A stretch of DNA of 64,000 bases, from contig CM082595.2 in NCBI GenBank assembly GCA_040954595.2, positions 5,792,137 to 5,856,136 on the forward strand, written 5' to 3'. Positions 36,801 to 43,900 of this stretch are shown here, in pieces; within the stretch, counting starts at the first letter, position 1; every line of letters begins with the position of its first letter. The DNA comes from Balanoglossus misakiensis. Lineage: Eukaryota > Animalia > Hemichordata. The notes beneath the pieces were generated by a model. It ran no database searches, was not told the origin of the DNA, and saw nothing but the letters and a program-made list of their open reading frames with translations. A program made the translations under genes and the position numbers.

Positions 36801-39118
36801 ATGTAACTACAGTGTATCAGAAGGTCCTTTGTTTAATCTTCGTTGTGGATACACTATTTCACCAGGCGTACAGGCGATGGGTTGAACGAAATGGCAAAGA
36901 AGAAGATCCTCTTCCAGGAATCAACCTCACCCACAATCAGCTGTTTTTTGTTAACTTCGGACAGGTATTATATTCACATCCCCACGTTGATTTGCATGTG
37001 TTTTTAACTGTTACCTTTATCAAACTAACATGTTTTCGAATTTGGAATCCTTGACTATGTCGTGGACTTTTGGAACCGTTTAATGATTCTATGGTTATGA
37101 CTGTATTCAATAGATGCTAAACACGTGATAGGCGATTACTCTTGTGACGTGTGCAAATTAAACACGCAAGCGCGTAATTGTCTGTGTCCAATATATCTGG
37201 GATACACTTTACCAGTGTTCTAACCACATTAAAACGTATATTTCAAATATTAGTACAAGAATAACGAATGAACGTTCCTCACCAATGTATTGTTGTTTGC
37301 ACCAAACATGTAGCTCTGGTGTGGCCTTGCCACCAACGAACATTTGATAAATTTCTTGTCGTCTGCCTGGCATAGTCCGAGACTTTTCAGGTAATTTGGG
37401 TAATATTCGTGAACTCGAAAACGAACTTCCGCTGGGCATTATCCTCGTTCGACGACAAGTTGTTCTCTGACGAGGATGGGATTGTCATCTCCGAGAAAAC
37501 TCCAGTAATCTCCACCTTTGTTCCAAACATTCAGTAGCATACACAATTTTGACGACAACACATTTCAACTTTTACCAAATTACGAAAGCTGTGGATTGCG
37601 ATTACTGTTTGCTCGGAGACGGACAATCTTACATACTTCTTCATGTAATACTTTTATCACTGACTACATCATATACCTCTATCACTCTGATAATTCCATT
37701 TTTTTACTTTTTCTTCCCATATCGTCTGTCATGTCATTCCTCCACTAACTTACCCATGTGTGTCTTCATTTCCCGCCCACCTGTACCGTGCCGAATGTGC
37801 TTTCCATTCGCCCTCCCATCTCTGCTTCTAACTGTTTACTCGGGCATCTCCACCCCCACCAACTTTGTGTGTGCACGTGTGTGTGTGCGTCACTCCCATA
37901 GGTTCTCTGCATAAAATATCGTCCCGAGGCTTTGAACTTTTTCGTTAGTTCACGATCACACACTGTGTCGCCTTACAGGTACAGTTCTGCGTGACCTTCT
38001 GTTTTTTTCTGCACATGCGTGCATGACCCGGAAGTAGTATGTACCGGTATTACCCACTTCGCACCGTGCAGATCCCTAACCCTACACATTCACCATTCTA
38101 ACACATATAACATCTTGCTAGACTCACATCATGTTTTTAATTCTCACTTGTAATCTTAAGCATGCTGCATTTCAGATAGCCAGTGTAGTAAAATATCTAT
38201 ACACATTATTTTAGTATTAATCAGTTAAAGGTATCGAAATTGTTTTCTGAAGAATATAACATGATATACACGTACATGTATTGTATTGTTGTAGTTTGCA
38301 CGATGACGTCATTACTGCGTTTGAGAAAGCCGAATTGGCTACGTTGTTTCTTTGTTTACGACCTCATTTAAAAAAATCCACATGTAGCAGAAAACATAGA
38401 CCAGAATTTCCCGGGAGATTCTGGCACTTGTGTTGGGAAAATAATATGTGTATAAAATATTAGAAAATACTATCTGCTCGACATGAAAACGTTCGGAAAG
38501 TTAGAATTGTCTGTGGTCGTCTTGTGGATGAAAACTTGTGGAAATGTTACTTGTGTTCGTGATCGTCTTATGTTTTCTTGGTTGATGCAGTAGGCCTACC
38601 TTTCATTTAACAGATCATCTCAACCCTTGCAACGCATGTCCCTGTACATAGGTCCAACTGCACCATAGAATATGTGTAGTACAACGAAATGTGTTAATGT
38701 GAGAGGTCAAAGACATGAAACTAGTATATATGCCAATAGTACATCGGTGTGATTACGAACTTGTCTTTGAAAATGTTTCAAATTGGTGGAGAAGCTTGCA
38801 AATATCATTACATTATTCATTTCACAACTGCCTACATTATCGTTTCCAAGCCTCCATTAAGTAAACTTAGTGTTTCATCTCGGCTGCCACGGTAACGGTT
38901 GTGCGCCTCCTAGCGTTGTACGTGTATACAGGGAAATGAGTGGCAATGGTGAATGATGGTTTGTATATCAAGAGGGCGCCCCATTTTAAGACCACATCCT
39001 ACTTCTTTCTTTGAACAGGGTTTTCGGACCGGTGTCCAACTCTCCGGACTTTGCAAAAGCTTTCAGTTGCAAGAGAAACACGCCAATGAACCCGGAGAAG
39101 AAGTGCGATGTGTGGTAA
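16415..39118 (+). CDS. Neprilysin-like (peptidase M13: neprilysin/ECE/PHEX family) type II membrane zinc metallopeptidase; 21 coding exons, ~773 aa, with alternative penultimate exon 20A/20B
   Basis: Hand-spliced GT-AG exons with consistent phases total 2322 nt. The protein has a cytoplasmic tail and TM helix, then [97 protein letters not shown] and [10 protein letters not shown]. Exact orthology cannot be assigned without a tree. Confidence 0.97.
17132..17447. mobile_element. MITE-like element with TTAA ends in intron 1
   Basis: Inverted termini TTAAAGCCCCAATAGCT / AGCTATTTCGGCTTTAA match at 15/17. A diverged second copy lies at about 20388-20676. Confidence 0.8.
17694..17814. repeat. Tandem duplication, ~62-bp unit x2
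   Basis: TCAATATGATTACGCCATTTTATTTT...AAAGCAACTGTTT at 17694 and 17756. Confidence 0.95.
20388..20676. mobile_element. Diverged second copy of the 17132-17447 MITE family
   Basis: Shared colinear blocks: CTGCCACTTTT, TTCAATCTT, AGTCGACA.ATGACA, TGAATAAACGG, TTTATTATTT, CAGA.GTTGATA, GCATACC/GTATACC. Confidence 0.7.
20662..20795. repeat. Tandem duplication, ~71-bp unit x2
   Basis: AAACAATGCAAAAATG...AGTATGGTGGTAATG.TTCTGTCAAA occurs twice. Confidence 0.9.
21720..21834. repeat. (GATA)n followed by (GACA)n microsatellite
   Basis: Directly visible. Confidence 0.98.
22301..22405. mobile_element. Small inverted-repeat (MITE-like) element
   Basis: GGACAGTCACCCCCTGGACA (22301-22320) and TGTCCAGGGGGTAACTGCCC (22386-22405) are 18/20 complementary, with a degenerate TAGGG-type spacer. 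Confidence 0.7.
25352..25426. repeat. Tandem duplication, 39-bp unit x2
   Basis: CGCAATTAGTAAATT(a/t)CAATGTCACCACCCTGTTGC at 25352 and 25391. Confidence 0.95.
30499..30561 (+). CDS. M13 gene exon 2 ([20 protein letters not shown])
   Basis: ttacag acceptor, gtgagt donor, CxxxxC stalk motif, 63 nt, phase 1-1. Confidence 0.92.
30813..30862. repeat. (ATTT)n microsatellite in intron 2
   Basis: Directly visible. Confidence 0.97.
31022..31183 (+). CDS. M13 gene exon 3 ([26 protein letters not shown]...DLIGK)
   Basis: DPCxDFYxYACG motif, cag/gtaagt, 162 nt, phase 1-1. Confidence 0.96.
31536..31619 (+). CDS. M13 gene exon 4 ([27 protein letters not shown])
   Basis: KAKxFYxSC motif, cag/gtgagt, 84 nt. 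Confidence 0.95.
31862..32067 (+). CDS. M13 gene exon 5 ([11 protein letters not shown]...EGWPVMG...[12 protein letters not shown])
   Basis: GWP and DDKNS motifs, tag/gtgagt, 206 nt, phase 1-0. Confidence 0.95.
32281..32343 (+). CDS. M13 gene exon 6 ([21 protein letters not shown])
   Basis: DQPxLGxPSRDY motif, cag/gtaaat, 63 nt. Confidence 0.95.
32650..32772 (+). CDS. M13 gene exon 7 ([16 protein letters not shown]...AFETKMAE)
   Basis: AYxxYM and FExxxA motifs, ttcag/gtaaga, 123 nt. Confidence 0.94.
32964..33050 (+). CDS. M13 gene exon 8 ([29 protein letters not shown])
   Basis: RRDxxxLYNKMT motif, tacag/gtgaaa, 87 nt. Confidence 0.94.
33555..33682 (+). CDS. M13 gene exon 9 (FDWMTFMQ...[25 protein letters not shown])
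   Basis: FxW and TPKR motifs, cag/gtagta, 128 nt, phase 0-2. Confidence 0.93.
33923..34145 (+). CDS. M13 gene exon 10 (TIANYVIW...[22 protein letters not shown]...SRET)
   Basis: NYxxW, RWRxC and MAVGALFV motifs, cag/gtaggt, 223 nt. Confidence 0.96.
34537..34635 (+). CDS. M13 gene exon 11 ([12 protein letters not shown]...[14 protein letters not shown])
   Basis: WMDxxTKxxAxEK motif, ttcag/gtctgt, 99 nt. Confidence 0.95.
34809..34886 (+). CDS. M13 gene exon 12 ([26 protein letters not shown])
   Basis: IGYPD motif, cag/gtatgt, 78 nt. Confidence 0.95.
35145..35248 (+). CDS. M13 gene exon 13 ([13 protein letters not shown]...QLRKTVDKE)
   Basis: FxNV and LRxxVDK motifs, ttag/gtaaga, 104 nt, phase 0-2. 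Confidence 0.94.
35484..35542 (+). CDS. M13 gene exon 14 ([19 protein letters not shown])
   Basis: VNAFY substrate-binding motif, cag/gtgagt, 59 nt. Confidence 0.96.
35659..35710 (+). CDS. M13 gene exon 15 ([16 protein letters not shown])
   Basis: [10 protein letters not shown] motif, cag/gtgagt, 52 nt. Confidence 0.96.
35840..35907 (+). CDS. M13 gene exon 16 ([22 protein letters not shown]), zinc-binding HExxH
   Basis: HEITH motif, tag/gtaaaa, 68 nt. Confidence 0.98.
36061..36191 (+). CDS. M13 gene exon 17 ([13 protein letters not shown]...[19 protein letters not shown])
   Basis: GRxxDKxGN..WW..C..QY motifs, cag/gtgagt, 131 nt. Confidence 0.96.
36554..36619 (+). CDS. M13 gene exon 18 ([22 protein letters not shown]), third zinc ligand
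   Basis: GENIADNGG motif, cag/gtgaga, 66 nt. Confidence 0.97.
36866..36964 (+). CDS. M13 gene exon 19 ([33 protein letters not shown])
   Basis: LPG..QLFF..F.Q motif, cag/gtatta, 99 nt, ends in phase 0. Confidence 0.96.
37314..37390 (+). CDS. M13 gene alternative exon 20A ([25 protein letters not shown][R])
   Basis: tag acceptor, AG|GTAATT donor, 77 nt, phase 0-2. WCG and HSPxxFR are colinear with human NEP VWCG...HSPGNFR. Confidence 0.9.
37902..37978 (+). CDS. M13 gene alternative exon 20B ([25 protein letters not shown][R])
   Basis: cccatag acceptor, AG|GTACAG donor, same 77-nt length and phase 0-2. Cys3, YRPE, His20 and terminal Arg sit at the same positions as in human NEP. Confidence 0.85.
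39019..39118 (+). CDS. M13 gene terminal exon 21 ([32 protein letters not shown])
   Basis: Pyrimidine tract plus cag. NSxxFAxAFxC..MNP..CxVW terminus, TAA at 39116-39118. Confidence 0.97.
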
Positions 39119-40924
39119 CGGAAGAAAGACAGGCAAGCCAAGCTTTTCAACAGTTACTATACACAATACCATCTGATGATGGGGCATAGTACCAGGTATA
39201 CCCCTATTTCATCCCTTCAGTCGATCATAAACTTGAAACACGTGAAAGGATTAAAACAGCGAAATACGATACACACGTTTACTTTAGAGCAGTTCGCAAC
39301 TTCATCTACGGTCAAAAGTATGTTTGAACCTTGTAAAGATAATTTGCTCTGGTGGTTTATAAGTCGAAGAAATCAGGCATTACGTTTAATTGAAATGAAA
39401 AAAACACACCAAAATTTACGATGATCTCATGTTTATTTACAAACTAGTGAAGATTGGCCAATGAAAATGTATACAACATTGAAACTTTACAATTGAACTC
39501 GACGGCACATAACATTGTTCTACTTTCACGTCTTTAAAAAGATAACCTTTGGATATGACATTGTCAACGCCGGGATTTGAAATTGACACAAAACAAAAGA
39601 CTATTGTTCGTGATTCTATATTCATATGGTTCGCAATTGTTGTCGACAATTGTCCGTTTGATCTGATTTTTGATTGGTATTAGCCGCAATTTAAGTTGAA
39701 GAAATTCTCAAAGTTATTAATTTTAACATTGAATGCAATGGGACTCTAGTACCGGGTATTACACTGTCGAAGTCAGACGCGACACACTTTATAGATGCAA
39801 AATGGCTTGGATATCTTATAAAAAGCTAGTAATATGTCGGATTTCCTGGCAAGAAGAAGGGGTACTATTTATTATAACGTCGAAACACATTTCAAAGACT
39901 GCGTGTTAAAAGACTGTGTGTTTAAACAAATATATGAATTTTTAATTAGCGAAATATAATGTCAATGTCTAGTGTATATATACGTATAAATACCCATACC
40001 TCGTACTGATTGTTTAATATATTAATTTCACATTCGTATTGAATATTATTCAGGAATTTTACATTTAATGATATGAAGATTGTGTAATCATGGTAGGCAT
40101 ACTATTATGTCACATGCTTGTGTGTTGTTGACTATGTAAATGGAATACACACTCATTGTGTTTATAGACGTGTTTTAAACAATGTATTACAATATTTGAA
40201 TGTAGTCTCATTCTTGTAATTGTGTGACACTTTTTTAGGTTCTGTTTGAAAATATGTATGGTGTCAATATGATTACATGCCTTTGAGTTAAGTGTACATA
40301 TGTGAGTTTGTGTATTAGCCTGGGGACTGTTTGATCTGAAGGTGACATGGTCCCAGGTAAATGCAAACAATTATAACCGATACGCATTTTAAGTGTTCTC
40401 CCGGAAGGAACGTTACTGCAAGTGTGTGGACAGGATGACGGGGTTATCACCATTGCATTTAAATGTATGTAAATACATTTAAAATAGATTTCAGAGGAAC
40501 ACTTGACAGATGGTGCATGCGCAGTGGGCACATTGATGCAAGATTTGGTGTTCTAATGGTTAGCCTATGTAATATTTTATCATAATCGAATATACACCAA
40601 ATATGTATAGAAGTGAATTGCTAATATATATTTAATGTTAATATAATGTATTTTTGTTCATATAATGTATTTTTGTCCATTGCCTATCAACGTTGCACTC
40701 ATTTACAACTCGAAAGGAGGATGGATTCTAATTTTAACGAAAGTACACGTATATATTGCCTTACAAATCTTTGGGTAAATAACGTTATTTCTTGCAATTA
40801 TATTACCCTTGTGTTTTATTTTGTTCACTTAAGACCATCACTGCTTATATTCTTATGTTAAACATTTCTAAACTGTTGTTCAGATTCATCTTAAATGACG
40901 TCACTTTTGGTTGATAAAAATGAG

Positions 40925-40930
40925 AATAAA
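40925..40930 (+). terminator. Candidate polyadenylation signal AATAAA of the M13 gene (3' UTR ~1.8 kb)
   Basis: First AATAAA I saw after the stop codon. It follows an AT-rich UTR-like stretch and precedes a U/GU-rich tract (ctttctgtctgtgtt). Confidence 0.5.
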
Positions 40931-43900
40931 TATCTTTGAAGATATTATGACGAATCCTTTCTGTCTGTGTTAAAAAATATACTTTGAGGGTTTAGTGTTC
41001 CGCGAAGCGAAACAGCTACCATACCTAGTATAGGTAATATTATACATTAGCGTGGGTTTAATATACATTTGTATGTTAGCGATGGACAAGGAGGTTTATG
41101 GAACGATTTCAATGCAAAAAACAGCTTCTTGTCATTTTCAAGAAGTTATAGGCGTGAATAACTCTATAACATTTTTCGCATTCTTTCAAAAAATTTGATT
41201 AAGATCTGTTGTGAATGAAAACGTTTGAAAACTTGGTCCAAAATAAGGAAACGATATTTAAAAAAAGTAATAAATGAGAAAATGCTGCACCACCAAGTTT
41301 CGAGAGGAAAAATATTGTGTTCAGGTCGTGAATCGCCATAAAAAATGTGGATTCGTAAAACGGCATCCCGAAATGATACGCAGTAAGGTCACGGTATTGA
41401 ATCTTATTACCACCTGGTCAGCAAAATGGTTTGAAACAACCGGAGCGGTGATTGGATAACTTCGCAATTTGTGTTTATACCTGATTGGTTGAACAAAATG
41501 TGAACAGGTGTTCGCCGAGGACGGTTCGACGCATGCTTGCTTCATTTCACTCGGGAACTTGAAGCAAGACATGTCGTCGCGGAGTCTCTCTTCAACTGCT
41601 TGAATTTATTGACACAATCGACCAGGAAACTAAGCTCATCCCATCTACAAGAAGATTCCAAATACTCATCTTTACCCCCATTGGACATGAACTGTTGAAC
41701 TTGACCAGCTAAAGTGACTCGCTACGGCTCCCTGACGTGATGGATGGACCACAGAAACGCATGGAAGTAAAGCTCTTGTCTTGGGTGAGTCCACAACGTG
41801 TTGCACTGGAAACGTAATGTGACCTCAACGAGGCACTATGATTCAACATTACAATTTCCTTGCAACGTAACCATTTCGTAATTGATAAATAACTTGAGGT
41901 GTAGTGTATTTTTTCATGGAAGCTTTTTACTGTGAGCAGACTTCGTGTCTTGTAGCTGTTGGAAATTGTTACGTCATCACTGTTGCTTGCCATCCTGTGT
42001 AGTTCGTTGACCCTGAAACAGTTAATATGATAGCGTGGCCAAGTCATATCCTTAATGAAGTCGGCCTCGACAAAATAACGATTCTTTTGTCGTACTAATT
42101 ATCTGAGTGATCTAGCCAAGATAATACATTGTAGTGACACTAATCCAATTAATTCTGATATTTTTTATGATCAAGAGGGTAAACATACCACCGCGACAAG
42201 AATAGATCAGGCAGGTTGTGTATTATCTGTGCCCATTGCTATTTCCATTCAAAGGGTATGCCCCTTGTGTCGAATTCTCTGAAGGGTTTTGGTAAAAATG
42301 AGCAAATTAATAATTCATATTTTAATGTGAATAGATAATGGACTCATGCTTTGGTTTATCGTCATGGTGTTTGCTATTTCAAATACAACGGCCATCATCT
42401 TTATAATGTAATATAATCACAATGTGTTTTTGTACTCAAAAAGTACAGAGATAATCGAGTCTTTGGCTGCCATCAATCTACTGTCAGCTGTTTGAAATGA
42501 CTGAGCTCGAAAACTTATTTTTCGCTGGTCGAGTTGATGCCTGGGGACAGTAAACAACGTGAAAAGCAATTACTCGCCCTTGCGCTACCCAAATTGGTCG
42601 ATTATTCTAAACCATTCGTCAAATATTTCATATAAGAATGATAATATAGCAATTTCCTTGCCGATTTGTTTTATGTACGGCTACTTAAATTAAATCTGTC
42701 AATATCAAATTGAAAGTATCAAGATATACACATTGCTAGTAACTACATTCAGAACATTTCCCCGTGTTATATGCTGTATTCAGTTATAGATGAGTACAGT
42801 GTCATTGTACTGGAGAATAGAAGTACGACTGTTGTATATGAATACATTACCTTGTTATGCTTCGCGGATCACTGCTTTTAATCAAGCTCCCTCAGTGGGT
42901 GAGTGTTTATGATTTCTTTATGCATGGCTCCATTCTTGTCGTAGAGGGCGTTGGGGCAGGTGCTTTTGACCATGCTTGCCATATATAAATTATCGAGGAT
43001 TTTTCACGATTGAAATCATTATTTTTTCACAATGTAACGTGATGCCTGTTGGATAGTAATAATCGAAGAATAAATCTTGCATTATAATTTCAACCACGTG
43101 ATGATAGGATGATGTGGTCCTAAGGGATTGCTTATAACCATCTGAGAGTTAGACTCTTTCCTTGCCCAATTGGGGGCGCTGTATCCACCACCATTTTGTC
43201 TAATTCTAGCCCGTCATTGCGCATGACTGGGAAGATGCACAGTCACATGACACGTCCACGTGCCAAATGTGAAGCGCAGCGCCCCCATTGGGGAAGAGGC
43301 GATTCTCTGGAAGTGGGTCGATTAGGATATAATTATGATAAACGTGTGATAGAAGCCTAGGTTATACATGGTTCTGAAAATTACACACAAAGTACTAATA
43401 TTTCCAAAAAAGGGCTATATCATAAACTTAGGAAGCGTTATGCCCGTGTGACAAAATAACTGCTCGCTTGTAGCAACAAATTACAACGTTCATGGCAGCG
43501 CCACGCACGGCCAGCATTGAAGACGTTATAAGAGCAGAATCAAACATTGTCCAAGTAATCCTTGATGATGAAAGTATTTTTAATAGCAGTGTAAACACAC
43601 TAAATGAGTCTATTCAGCAATTTCAAGCTGCGTGAACAAAGTGGTCCACTGTTCACTTCAACACATGTTTATCGACGCCCAGTGACGTGTTCTGAAGGTG
43701 GTCGAACAAAGACGCTAATGAATGCGTGAAATGCTTGATAACTTCTGTGTGGCTCTTTCTAAACGAAATAGAAACGATCCATTAATAACCACAAGGGTGC
43801 CTTTTCGCAACAAAGAAGACTCTTAGAATAAATGTGAAAATGAAGGTTATTGATCCCTTTTATCCGAGGCTTAATCGTCACCTTCTCAGGGCTTCTGTGA

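Noticed and set aside
38281-38505. ORF containing CSRKHRPE and MCIKY, echoing the CIKYRPE of exon 20B
   Set aside because: The motifs are not colinear, a stop follows CIKY, and there are no suitable splice sites. Probably chance.
38614-38651. Possible third alternative exon (cag|[13 protein letters not shown]|gtccaa), phase 0-2
   Set aside because: It is only 38 nt, lacks the conserved Cys, has His-Arg spacing off by one and a weak donor. Extending it to 77 nt meets a TAA and no acceptor.
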